From IMG/VR virus record IMGVR_UViG_3300025892_000009: a stretch of DNA of 64,000 nucleotides, one strand, 5' to 3'. A model generated the notes under the pieces. The model was not told where the DNA came from. It searched no databases and saw only the letters and a list, made by a program, of their open reading frames with translations. This document shows positions 1 through 8,074 of this stretch, one piece after another; positions within the stretch are counted from its first letter, which is position 1, and every line of letters starts with the position of its first letter. This stretch comes from a virus. The position numbers and the translations under genes were made by a program.

Positions 1-117
<117 letters not shown>

Positions 118-122
118 TTACC

Positions 123-353
123 TTAGTTGTTAAGTTCCAAATAGAATTTTGTTTGATCTACTGGCAATTTGGGTGACGGATCGTAGATAGATGAGTCACC
201 ATAAGTTTTATGATCTTTATATCCTACCATACGTCCCTTTGTGTTCTGAATAGCACCCATCATTGCAATGATGAGGAAGATGGCAGGGGGACCGATGATG
301 AGAGCACCACCAATCACATAGTAAGTGAGCAATTCGATTAGATCAGTAGACAT
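123..353 (-). CDS. Small single-TM hypothetical protein between psbA and psbD
   Basis: 76-aa ORF with hydrophobic N-terminal segment; fills the psbA-psbD gap. Confidence 0.75.
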   Translation of the reverse strand: MSTDLIELLTYYVIGGALIIGPPAIFLIIAMMGAIQNTKGRMVGYKDHKTYGDSSIYDPSPKLPVDQTKFYLELNN

Positions 354-372
354 AAAACTTTACAATGATGAA

Positions 373-399
373 GAAAAAGAAAGGGACCCGAAGGTCCCC
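373..399 (-). terminator. Rho-independent terminator after psbA
   Basis: Minus strand GGGGACC-TTCG-GGTCCC followed by TTTCTTTTT. Confidence 0.85.
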
Positions 400-423
400 T
401 TTATTATACCACAGGTTGAGTGA

Positions 424-1500
424 TCAACCGACAGAAGGAGCAATCAAGGCCACAGGTGTGGACTCAGCTGCTGCAAGATCAAGCGGGAAGTTGTGCGCGT
501 TTCTTTCGTGCATGACTTCCATTCCGAGTCCTGCACGGTTGAGCACATCTGCCCAGGTGTTGAGGACACGTCCTTGTCCGTCGAGGATGGACTGGTTGAA
601 GTTGAATCCATTGAGGTTAAATGCCATGGTGCTTACGCCCAGTGCAGTAAACCAGATTCCAACTACAGGCCATGCTGCCAGGAAGAAATGCAAGGAGCGG
701 GAGTTGTTGAATGAAGCATATTGGAAGATCAAACGACCGAAGTAACCATGAGCGGCTACGATGTTGTATGTTTCTTCTTCTTGTCCGAACTTGTAACCGT
801 AGTTTTGGGATTCGGTTTCAGTCGTCTCTCTAACGAGAGAAGAAGTAACCAAACTTCCGTGCATAGCACTAAACAAACTGCCACCAAATACCCCAGCAAC
901 GCCGAGCATATGGAAGGGATGCATGAGAATATTGTGCTCAGCTTGGAAGACCAACATGTAGTTGAATGTTCCTGAGATTCCGAGTGGCATTGCATCAGAG
1001 AAACTACCTTGACCGAAAGGATACACTAGGAATACTGCAGATGCTGCAGCGACTGGTGCAGAGTATGCAACACAGATCCATGGACGCATACCTAAACGAT
1101 ATGAAAGTTCCCATTCACGTCCCATGTATGCATAGATACCGATGAGGAAGTGAAAGACTACTAGTTGGAAAGGACCACCGTTATACAACCACTCATCGAG
1201 TGATGCTGCTTCCCAGATGGGATAGAAGTGAAGTCCAATTGCGTTGGAGGATGGGACAACAGCACCAGAAATGATGTTGTTACCATACATTAGAGAGCCT
1301 GCTACGGGCTCACGGATCCCATCGATATCGACGGGGGGTGCCGCTACGAAAGCGACGATGAAACAGATGGTTGCCGCCAACAGTGTTGGGATCATCAGCA
1401 CACCAAACCAACCGACATAGAGACGATTGTTAGTTGATGTTACCCACTCACAGAAATCATTCCATGGGGATGTTTGTTGTCTTGAAAGAGTTGTAGCCAT
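424..1500 (-). CDS. psbA: Photosystem II D1 protein
   Basis: 358 aa with D1 motifs [33 protein letters not shown]; uninterrupted (no intron). Confidence 0.99.
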   Translation of the reverse strand: MATTLSRQQTSPWNDFCEWVTSTNNRLYVGWFGVLMIPTLLAATICFIVAFVAAPPVDIDGIREPVAGSLMYGNNIISGAVVPSSNAIGLHFYPIWEAASLDEWLYNGGPFQLVVFHFLIGIYAYMGREWELSYRLGMRPWICVAYSAPVAAASAVFLVYPFGQGSFSDAMPLGISGTFNYMLVFQAEHNILMHPFHMLGVAGVFGGSLFSAMHGSLVTSSLVRETTETESQNYGYKFGQEEETYNIVAAHGYFGRLIFQYASFNNSRSLHFFLAAWPVVGIWFTALGVSTMAFNLNGFNFNQSILDGQGRVLNTWADVLNRAGLGMEVMHERNAHNFPLDLAAAESTPVALIAPSVG

Positions 1501-1502
1501 TG

Positions 1503-1600
1503 TAATTGAAAGAAAGTAAGATCATCAGGGAAATGATGGTTTTACTATTTCCTCGCCACCCTAAGGCAAGGATATGAAAGACGTGTTTATACACCCTATA
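1503..1600 (-). ncRNA. Structured psbA 5' leader, PhotoRC-II-like RNA motif
   Basis: Leader of about 160 nt with hairpins CCTTGCC-N7-GGCGAGG and ATCAT-N7-ATGAT just upstream of the psbA ATG. PhotoRC-II is an established motif at cyanophage psbA; boundaries approximate, no covariance search run. Confidence 0.6.
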
Positions 1601-1663
1601 GGTCTTGGTTTGAGGAGTGTTACAAACAGTGAAGAAATGTGTTGGTTTCTTGACCCGTTGATA

Positions 1664-1697
1664 TATTTATAATAACAGGATTTACACATCCTGTCAA
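1664..1697 (-). promoter_or_regulatory. Overlapping sigma70-type and T4-late promoters of psbA
   Basis: TTGACA(1697-1692)-17 bp-TATTAT(1674-1669), overlapping TATAAATA (1671-1664). Confidence 0.85.
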
Positions 1698-3169
1698 CCC
1701 CCTTCGTAGTTGAATGTGCCAGAAAGGAATTCGTACATCGTGGGCAAGGTGCCAGCAAGTTTCTTCCTTGCTTCCCAATTAGTATACCACATATCCACCG
1801 TCTTCTCAGGGACTGTAATGGGGTATCCAAAATATTCGTAGTGTCTCTTATTGATATTCGTGAAACCAGATCCTGCAAGGATAAATGCGATCGGCATATG
1901 CCCTGTTGGTATAGGATCTCCCGAGACCATCATGTGACGCACTGCTTCGTGAGTGCCTTCCTGCTTATACTCAACCTCATCGGTAACTGCTCTCCAAAAT
2001 GGAGTGTCTCTACGAGTTGAGTAGTAGTAATGTGCTTCAACAAATTCTCTCCACCCATCCATGTGCTCGGCAAGATCATGATTGAAACGATCTCTAGCAA
2101 ACTGACCAGGTAGTTTTTCTACCATAAGGATATCCATTAGTCCAAGGATGCCATGGTGAGTATTAAAGAGAGATGTAGATTCTAAGGGCTCAATAAAACC
2201 ATAAGACAATCCAATAGAGACACAGTTACCTGTCCATGCTCTCTCATGCCTACCATTCTCAAACTTAATAAGTTTGGCATCATCATATCCAAACTCTTCC
2301 CTGGCAGCTTCTTCTTTCTGAAATCTAGAAGAGAATACATATCCACGACTAATGAAATCATATGTGGGAATAGTCCACTCCCATCCAGAAGTCAAACCTT
2401 TAGCATTGGTGTAAGGCACCATCTGCTTCTTTCTATTTGTATACTCAGTCTTAACTACCAGAGCACTATCAGTAAGAATAGTATCAAAAGGATTCCACTT
2501 ACTTAAAGACCCTGAGAGGACCCTCTGCTGCCCTGTACAATCGATATAGAGATCACCATATACTTCATGAGGTTTGATATCATGTAGTCCTCTATCAACC
2601 AAGACAGATGTGACGTTTCCTTTGGCAATACGTACTGACTTAATTTTACTTTCAACCACTGTGATATTTTCACAGAAGGTATCTTTAAGATACTCTGAAA
2701 ATGCTTTAGCATTGATGTGAAAAGACCTGTCTTTTGCAAGGTCATATGGAGAAAGTAATTGATCGTTAAGGGGCATCCTCCCTTCCTCCGCTACCGACAC
2801 AAACGGCATGAAGACTTCTGCAAAGGGTGGTGTCTTATCAGGATAGAATGCTTTAGCCTGCATCCAGTCATGATACTTAACATCACTGTTTATTGATTGA
2901 CCATTTGGATAATGAAATACTTTTCCCTCAGCAACAAAATCCTCAAATCTAGAGGAAGATTTAAACGTTGCTCTTGCTGCAGGAAGGAATACATGATCAG
3001 GTATTCCCATGTATTTTAAATACTGATTGATATGGGGAGTAGTAGACTCACCCACACCAATAGAATCACCACCTGAGATGATAGTCACATCCCAGTCAGG
3101 AAAAGTTTTACAAACTGCAGCGGCGGTCATCCAACCAGAAGTACCACCACCTGCGATCACAATTTTCAT
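1694..3169 (-). CDS. Flavin-dependent (tryptophan halogenase/PrnA-like) halogenase
   Basis: GGGTSGW FAD motif, GVGEST, ATFK (PrnA K79-equivalent), WEWTIP (WxWxIP), FIEPLEST (E346-equivalent). Confidence 0.92.
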   Translation of the reverse strand: MKIVIAGGGTSGWMTAAAVCKTFPDWDVTIISGGDSIGVGESTTPHINQYLKYMGIPDHVFLPAARATFKSSSRFEDFVAEGKVFHYPNGQSINSDVKYHDWMQAKAFYPDKTPPFAEVFMPFVSVAEEGRMPLNDQLLSPYDLAKDRSFHINAKAFSEYLKDTFCENITVVESKIKSVRIAKGNVTSVLVDRGLHDIKPHEVYGDLYIDCTGQQRVLSGSLSKWNPFDTILTDSALVVKTEYTNRKKQMVPYTNAKGLTSGWEWTIPTYDFISRGYVFSSRFQKEEAAREEFGYDDAKLIKFENGRHERAWTGNCVSIGLSYGFIEPLESTSLFNTHHGILGLMDILMVEKLPGQFARDRFNHDLAEHMDGWREFVEAHYYYSTRRDTPFWRAVTDEVEYKQEGTHEAVRHMMVSGDPIPTGHMPIAFILAGSGFTNINKRHYEYFGYPITVPEKTVDMWYTNWEARKKLAGTLPTMYEFLSGTFNYEGG

Positions 3170-3318
3170 TTATCCTTGTCCTTTTTATGTTGTTTATGGT
3201 TATACAACCACGTTTTTATTTGAAGAATCTCATCCCAACTATACCAATTGGGATGTTTCTTAATGTTTTTGAGTAGTGTCTTAGCTGCTCTCTTGTCTGA
3301 TAGCGGCTTCTTCTTCAT
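3166..3318 (-). CDS. Small basic hypothetical protein (50 aa)
   Basis: Not in track. MKKKPLSDKRAAKTLLKNIKKHPNWYSWDEILQIKTWLYNHKQHKKDKDK; stop overlaps halogenase ATG (ATGA). Confidence 0.7.
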   Translation of the reverse strand: MKKKPLSDKRAAKTLLKNIKKHPNWYSWDEILQIKTWLYNHKQHKKDKDK

Positions 3319-3577
3319 AGACCAACCTCCAACTTTCCAACTCTGACTTCACCTTAGACTTCATCATCGCAACAATGTCTCCGCCATGCTTCTTGAGTTC
3401 TTCAGTCTTAGGACTTTCATCAGTGGGAAGCAGATCACCAAACAACCCGTTGCTGGTGAAGTAGTGGCAGAATTCGTAGATAGAAGTATTTATCTCCTCA
3501 TCTAGTTGGATGCAGCATAGTAGACATAAAGATCTTTTCTCAAGATTCTCATCAGAGTAACGCCAGTCTTCAATCAT
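3281..3577 (-). CDS. Hypothetical protein
   Basis: Track ORF 3281..3589; start re-placed at MIEDW, which overlaps the upstream stop. Confidence 0.7.
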   Translation of the reverse strand: MIEDWRYSDENLEKRSLCLLCCIQLDEEINTSIYEFCHYFTSNGLFGDLLPTDESPKTEELKKHGGDIVAMMKSKVKSELESWRLVYEEEAAIRQESS

Positions 3578-3722
3578 GGGGCACAACACGCAATTTGGTT
3601 TCAGGTTTATTCATTTTGATACAGAGAGCCATTAGAAACTCTGCTTTTAGTTTAGACAATCCTGTGTAATTTTTAAGTGCTACCCAGGAGTCTTTGTCTA
3701 ATAATTCAATGCGGTAAGTCAC
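3570..3722 (-). CDS. Small hypothetical protein (50 aa, GTG start)
   Basis: Not in track. MTYRIELLDKDSWVALKNYTGLSKLKAEFLMALCIKMNKPETKLRVVPHD; fills the gap and is coupled to the next gene. Confidence 0.6.
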   Translation of the reverse strand: MTYRIELLDKDSWVALKNYTGLSKLKAEFLMALCIKMNKPETKLRVVPHD

Positions 3723-3728
3723 CGATCT

Positions 3729-4307
3729 CTAGGCAAACACGAGTTTATTTAGGTATTGATATGCATATACTTCACGGTTACCTTTGATGCCCCATCCCAA
3801 CCATGTATATGCAGATCCCATGTACTGAGGGATCGTATCACCATGCCCTTCAAACTGAGGAAGGACACGTTGAAAGATAGGCTCGTTAACCATATAATGA
3901 AGTTGCCCTTCCAAACTACTAGGATCGCAATTAAACTTTGCACAGAAGTTTCCAAGACCCTTGTAGCGTCCAATGGAAGTCCACTGGATCAAACCATATC
4001 CACCAACCTTACATTCAGTGTAGGAGACACGAGCACCACCTTCACAAATATTAGGGATGAACTTACTCTCCTGCTTGATGTTACCCATGATCGTAGCAAG
4101 GGCATTCTTATCAGTAATTTTTGTTTTTGTTTGTAAATATTCAACAGTTTTTGTTTCTGCAGGACTACACCCCACACATACCCATTGTGGATCTTTCACA
4201 ATCACTTGAATAGGTGCGGTCTCTGTAGCATTGTTTAGATCTCCAGGAGAAGGAGATGCACAAGCAGGCACTGCTGCCATCAGCATCGCCATCGACTGTT
4301 TCAACAT
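3729..4307 (-). CDS. Phage tail-lysozyme-family muramidase with signal-peptide-like N-terminus
   Basis: GNIKQESKF and GYGLIQWT motifs; hydrophobic N-terminus MAMLMAAVPACA. Confidence 0.8.
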   Translation of the reverse strand: MLKQSMAMLMAAVPACASPSPGDLNNATETAPIQVIVKDPQWVCVGCSPAETKTVEYLQTKTKITDKNALATIMGNIKQESKFIPNICEGGARVSYTECKVGGYGLIQWTSIGRYKGLGNFCAKFNCDPSSLEGQLHYMVNEPIFQRVLPQFEGHGDTIPQYMGSAYTWLGWGIKGNREVYAYQYLNKLVFA

Positions 4308-4317
4308 TTTGAATCTC

Positions 4318-4377
4318 CAAAAAAATAAGGGTCCTTATGGACCCCAGTACTATAGGTTATCTAGATGAGTCTGTCAA
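4318..4377 (-). promoter_or_regulatory. sigma70-type promoter overlapping a terminator hairpin
   Basis: TTGACA(4377-4372)-17-TATAGT(4354-4349), then GGGTCC-ATAA-GGACCC-TTATTTTTTT. Confidence 0.75.
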
Positions 4378-4384
4378 GACTTAT

Positions 4385-4492
4385 TCACCAGATACCAGGA
4401 ATAATCTGACCTGTCATAGCATATGCTCCAAGAGCGGCGACAATGCCTAGCATTGCTGCCATGCCATTAATGCGTTCTGCGTCGTCATTCAT
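4385..4492 (-). CDS. hli: High-light-inducible protein (35 aa)
   Basis: MNDDAERINGMAAMLG carries the AExxNGxxAMxG chlorophyll-binding motif; GGAGG RBS upstream; track start extended too far. Confidence 0.92.
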   Translation of the reverse strand: MNDDAERINGMAAMLGIVAALGAYAMTGQIIPGIW

Positions 4493-5009
4493 CTGAATTT
4501 CCTCCATTGTGGGTTGTGGACTGTAGATATTGTAGCACAGTTTCTGGTGAAGAGACTGTGTAAGGATCAGTATCAGCGTTACTGACTTGACCCTCTTCTT
4601 CAAAGAGTTGCTCAATATTTCCTCGGTCAACTACCATAGCATATCGCCATGATCGATAACCAAATCCAAGATTGGACTTCTCTACTTGCATACCCATGGA
4701 CCTGGTGAAATCACCATTACCATCAGGTATCATCTTAACACTCGTGATGCCTAGAGTTTCTCTCCAAGCATCCATAACGAATCCATCGTTAACTGAGATG
4801 CAATATACCTCATCAATATTATTCTCCAGCAACTCAGGATACATCCTTTCATATGCTGGAAGTTGAAAGTTACTACAGATGGGAGTGAATGCTCCAGGGA
4901 CAGAAAATACAACTACCCTCTTGTCCGCAAAAAATTCTGCAGTGCATGATTTAATAAAAGTTTTCTTCGACCAATCGTAATAGGTAAAGATAACGTCAGG
5001 AATTCGCAT
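4485..5009 (-). CDS. Peroxiredoxin (Prx5/redoxin type)
   Basis: VPGAFTPICS peroxidatic Cys motif, CISVND, RSWRYAMVV. Confidence 0.92.
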   Translation of the reverse strand: MRIPDVIFTYYDWSKKTFIKSCTAEFFADKRVVVFSVPGAFTPICSNFQLPAYERMYPELLENNIDEVYCISVNDGFVMDAWRETLGITSVKMIPDGNGDFTRSMGMQVEKSNLGFGYRSWRYAMVVDRGNIEQLFEEEGQVSNADTDPYTVSSPETVLQYLQSTTHNGGNSDE

Positions 5010-5262
5010 GATGTGGTTTGTGCTCTCGGTTTAGTGGTTGGGATGGCTCAAATGGTGAACGGGAAAGGTTCTTAATTACAACGAATGCATCCTTATTATA
5101 TTTACGCACACCGTATGGTGTTGCCCATTTTTTGTTGTAATCCTCACCTTGGTGGATACCAGAAACAACTGTGCCACCAACTTCAATTACAATGTTGTCA
5201 TGTCTGACATCCCATCCAAGATCATGGATGGTATTCCAGAGATCCTCTTGTGAAAAATCCAT
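4996..5262 (-). CDS. Conserved hypothetical protein in hli cluster
   Basis: Track ORF 4996..5283; probable start MDFSQEDL just after the hli stop. Confidence 0.7.
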   Translation of the reverse strand: MDFSQEDLWNTIHDLGWDVRHDNIVIEVGGTVVSGIHQGEDYNKKWATPYGVRKYNKDAFVVIKNLSRSPFEPSQPLNREHKPHHANS

Positions 5263-5269
5263 ACAAGTT

Positions 5270-5479
5270 TCAAATAATACCAAAGAATAGTTTACCAGTA
5301 AATGCGTATGAAATCAATGCTGCAACGAATCCCATCATAGCAGTGCGACCGTTTAACTTCTCTGCCCTCTCTGCGTATGATTCATAACCATAACGCTCTG
5401 CATCAGTTTGAGAAATATACATTTGAGGTTCCTTAGCAAACAGGTTTTGTTGTCCTTGCTCGTTTGTTGTAACAGTCAT
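5270..5479 (-). CDS. hli: High-light-inducible protein (69 aa)
   Basis: AEKLNGRTAMMG motif and TGKLFFG C-terminus. Confidence 0.93.
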   Translation of the reverse strand: MTVTTNEQGQQNLFAKEPQMYISQTDAERYGYESYAERAEKLNGRTAMMGFVAALISYAFTGKLFFGII

Positions 5480-5532
5480 TTGTAAAGTTTCGTAACGGTC
5501 ATAATTATATATAAAAGATTAAGTTTTGTCAA
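5479..5532 (-). promoter_or_regulatory. Consensus sigma70 promoter with HLR1-like direct repeat
   Basis: TTGACA(5532-5527)-17-TATAAT(5509-5504); GTTACGAA-AC-TTTACAAA at 5496-5479. Confidence 0.85.
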
Positions 5533-5535
5533 CCA

Positions 5536-5841
5536 TCAAGTGTAGTTGTCAAATGAGATCACGTCAGCACCCTCTGACCCAAACGAGACTGACTGTGCTG
5601 CCCCCTGAGAGTATCCTCCAAAACCAGGGTCAACATACTCACTACTAAGATTAAAATTGTAATCGCTAGGGAAGTTTGCTGTAAGATCTGGATCCTCAGG
5701 ACATGCTTCATAGATGTGAAGCATCCCATTGTAGTGCCTCCACATCTCAGAGAGATGCTGAGGAGGAAAGTTTGTATCATCAATAGCACTATGAAGAGCA
5801 ACCTTCAGAGCATTAACTGCGATCTTCAATTCAGATTTCAT
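5536..5841 (-). CDS. Hypothetical protein
   Basis: 101-aa ORF tiled with its neighbours. Confidence 0.7.
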   Translation of the reverse strand: MKSELKIAVNALKVALHSAIDDTNFPPQHLSEMWRHYNGMLHIYEACPEDPDLTANFPSDYNFNLSSEYVDPGFGGYSQGAAQSVSFGSEGADVISFDNYT

Positions 5842-6088
5842 TTCTAATTACCTCATTTTTTACATAGCATGGTACACCAGCAGGATCTAACCATTTGGTA
5901 TACTCAAAGTCAGTCATAGCAGTATCTAACTGCATTGCATTATCACACAGATACATATCCCTATACTTTCCAGTATACGAATCAATCTTCTGGATACGAT
6001 AGTCTGGTTTACCATTGATCTCAAGGATACCAGACTGGACATAGCGATAGGGGAATCGCTCTAGGAAGACAATAGGCTTGTGCATCAT
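5831..6088 (-). CDS. Conserved cyanophage-type hypothetical protein
   Basis: 85-aa ORF (NGKPDYRIQK...YLCDN...EYTKWLDP); start overlaps upstream stop. Confidence 0.75.
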   Translation of the reverse strand: MMHKPIVFLERFPYRYVQSGILEINGKPDYRIQKIDSYTGKYRDMYLCDNAMQLDTAMTDFEYTKWLDPAGVPCYVKNEVIRNEI

Positions 6089-6249
6089 TTCCGAAGTGTC
6101 TGTAGATATGATAGCACAGTTTCTCGGACTGTCATCAGATCATCGAAACATTCTTGGTTGTGAGCACATGATCGTAGCTTAGGGTCAGGTTTGTGGACAG
6201 ACTCCATAAAGAGATGCACTGCCCTATTCCATTTTTCATCTTGATCCAT
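6085..6249 (-). CDS. Small hypothetical protein (54 aa)
   Basis: Not in track. MDQDEKWNRAVHLFMESVHKPDPKLRSCAHNQECFDDLMTVRETVLSYLQTLRK; TGATG coupling to the next gene. Confidence 0.75.
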   Translation of the reverse strand: MDQDEKWNRAVHLFMESVHKPDPKLRSCAHNQECFDDLMTVRETVLSYLQTLRK

Positions 6250-6261
6250 TTAAATTTTTCC

Positions 6262-6870
6262 TCAGATAAACGAAAACCAACCAGTGATAATTGTTTTTTC
6301 AGACGTGGGTGATACTCTACCTCTATGGGTATGGGTCCAGTCTGCTGGCCAAATAACAGTATATCCCTTTTGGGCAGGGACATATTTATCTTGATGATAC
6401 CATTCCGTGCCACCATCAGGCACATCATTTAGGTATGTCATAAAGACTAAATGCCTGAAAGTATTTCCAGGCAAAGCATTTGATCTCTCAGTATGCCACT
6501 TTTTAAACCCACCATCAGGTGGGTAGCATTGCATACTGAGAGGCTCATCAACACGAAAACGAGAGGTCTCACAAAAAGGATACCTCTCAACATAATTATT
6601 TAAAACTCCCTGTAGGGCATTCATATAATTTTGAATCTCAGGAATAGCAAGTTGAAAAGGGATGTGTAAGTCTAATGACTCTTTGTAGTCTCGGTCAACT
6701 ACAACATCACCTTCTCGATATACTTGCCCCTCCTGAGGATTCAACAGGTTTTGATTGCGCCAGAAAAATATCAATCCATCAACGACAGACTCATCGATAA
6801 AGTCGCCCCAAATAAAATCGGATCTCTTTTCGCAAAATCTATTTTTGTAAAGTGTTATTTCTTCTGTCAT
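6262..6870 (-). CDS. 2OG-Fe(II) oxygenase (prolyl-hydroxylase-like)
   Basis: WHTE...MTYLND...GGTEW...WTHTHRG: Hx(D/E)...H...R pattern. Confidence 0.88.
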   Translation of the reverse strand: MTEEITLYKNRFCEKRSDFIWGDFIDESVVDGLIFFWRNQNLLNPQEGQVYREGDVVVDRDYKESLDLHIPFQLAIPEIQNYMNALQGVLNNYVERYPFCETSRFRVDEPLSMQCYPPDGGFKKWHTERSNALPGNTFRHLVFMTYLNDVPDGGTEWYHQDKYVPAQKGYTVIWPADWTHTHRGRVSPTSEKTIITGWFSFI

Positions 6871-6941
6871 AATCCATCCCGACCAGGGTGAGTTTTGTGC
6901 CGTCCCAAGGCAGGGTCAAAATGACTCCACCAGGGTAAGAT

Positions 6942-7166
6942 TTACGTCGTTTCCAGGACGCCATCTGCAATCAAATTATCAATTAGAATCGTGTAATCTT
7001 CTTCAACATTAATCCCCCAGAAGTGGACATGTCTATTGCAGTTATCGCTATAAAAACGACATAGTGCAGCGAAGAGAAAAGGATACTCAGTGTCAAGGGC
7101 AATATTACCATTAACAGTATCTTTTAGTAGTTGAAGACTTTCTCCAAATCGATCTCTAACAGTCAT
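6942..7166 (-). CDS. Hypothetical protein
   Basis: 74-aa ORF with GGAG RBS upstream. Confidence 0.75.
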   Translation of the reverse strand: MTVRDRFGESLQLLKDTVNGNIALDTEYPFLFAALCRFYSDNCNRHVHFWGINVEEDYTILIDNLIADGVLETT

Positions 7167-7207
7167 GACTGCTCTCCTTTTTTGGTTTGACCAACGCCCG
7201 AAGGCGA

Positions 7208-7281
7208 CGATTCAGGTAGGATTCGAACCTACGACCGAGGCATTAGAAGTGCCTTGCTCTATTCCACTGAGCTACTGAACC
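7208..7281 (-). tRNA. tRNA-Arg(UCU)
   Basis: Cloverleaf: GGTTCAG/CTGAATC acceptor, GCTC/GAGC D-arm, AGGCA-CT TCT AA-TGCCT anticodon arm, GTAGG-TTCGAAT-CCTAC T-arm; CCA not encoded. Confidence 0.96.
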
Positions 7282-7289
7282 AAAGATGG

Positions 7290-7895
7290 TCAGTCCTCAG
7301 GGTGAGCAGCATAAACTTTAACAATAGGATCGCCTTGCCACATACTACGTTTTACTCTATCCACTTTACCTCTCAAATTGAATGATACAATGGTGCGTCG
7401 TTTGTCTGTGTTGTTTGCCAATGCTTCATGTGCAATAGTTGATGGGAAAATAATTAGTTGACCCTCATTTACAGGTGGCTCAAACACTTCAAGTCTACCA
7501 TTCCAAGGATTTAACCATGGTGAATAGAATTGAGTTGCCGAATGAAATCTAGGATCAAACTCAACATACATTATAGCAGACCATCCACTATGCCCATGGT
7601 TATGAATGCCATGGTTGTGTCCTTGATATGCCTGCTGAAACCACATGTCAGTAAACTCTACCTTACGTTGATCTGTAAAGTCTTTCAGGTATGGAGTAAT
7701 GATGTCAATGATAGTGTCTCCATAAGAAGGCACATCTTCATCTTCCATATTCAAAAAGAAATCCGTATAGACATTGCCATCAAGCATGGCATCTGTCAAC
7801 TCAGGGAGAGCATCAAGGATTCTTTTTTTATTTGTGGGCCAGTTGTTGATCTCATAATGAATCAACGGCACCGAAAACATACTGTGTACTGTCAT
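7290..7895 (-). CDS. Putative 2OG-Fe(II) oxygenase (TIGR02466-like)
   Basis: MWFQ...HGIHNH...WSAIMY...LIIFPSTIAH...RRTIVSFN. Confidence 0.82.
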   Translation of the reverse strand: MTVHSMFSVPLIHYEINNWPTNKKRILDALPELTDAMLDGNVYTDFFLNMEDEDVPSYGDTIIDIITPYLKDFTDQRKVEFTDMWFQQAYQGHNHGIHNHGHSGWSAIMYVEFDPRFHSATQFYSPWLNPWNGRLEVFEPPVNEGQLIIFPSTIAHEALANNTDKRRTIVSFNLRGKVDRVKRSMWQGDPIVKVYAAHPED

Positions 7896-8023
7896 GAAAT
7901 TTCTTGTAACTCTCGAATACGAATTGCTAATGCTTCTGCGTTAGCTTGATTACCTTCTTCAATTTCCAAATGGAGTTGATCAACTAAAAACTCCACAATC
8001 TCTTCTAGAAATTGAGTGTCCAT
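7892..8023 (-). CDS. Small acidic hypothetical protein (43 aa)
   Basis: Not in track. MDTQFLEEIVEFLVDQLHLEIEEGNQANAEALAIRIRELQEIS; ATGA overlap with the next gene; own promoter upstream. Confidence 0.7.
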   Translation of the reverse strand: MDTQFLEEIVEFLVDQLHLEIEEGNQANAEALAIRIRELQEIS

Positions 8024-8045
8024 GCTTCCCCTGCGTAACTCTTCA

Positions 8046-8074
8046 ATTATATATGAAGAATAAGATCAGGTCAA
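8046..8074 (-). promoter_or_regulatory. sigma70-type promoter
   Basis: TTGACC(8074-8069)-17-TATAAT(8051-8046). Confidence 0.75.

Noticed and set aside
365-1000. Plus-strand ORFs antisense to psbA (365..745, 493..714, 721..975)
   Set aside because: Shadow frames of a codon-biased gene; no RBS or promoter, no recognisable protein.
2960-2985. Apparent Lys-to-Arg loss in the halogenase active site (SSRF vs AIKF)
   Set aside because: Counting PrnA residues puts catalytic K79 at the preceding AFK, which is conserved here as TFK.
3231-3255. 10-bp hairpin CATCCCAATT/AGTTGGGATG upstream of the halogenase
   Set aside because: Lies inside the 50-aa ORF 3166-3318 and has no U-tract; not supportable as a terminator or ncRNA.
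6100-6135. Apparent ATGACA-16-TGnTATCAT promoter
   Set aside because: Weak match inside coding sequence 6085-6249.
6135-6428. Track ORF of 97 aa
   Set aside because: Overlaps the oxygenase by 167 nt; the 54-aa ORF in another frame tiles the gap properly.
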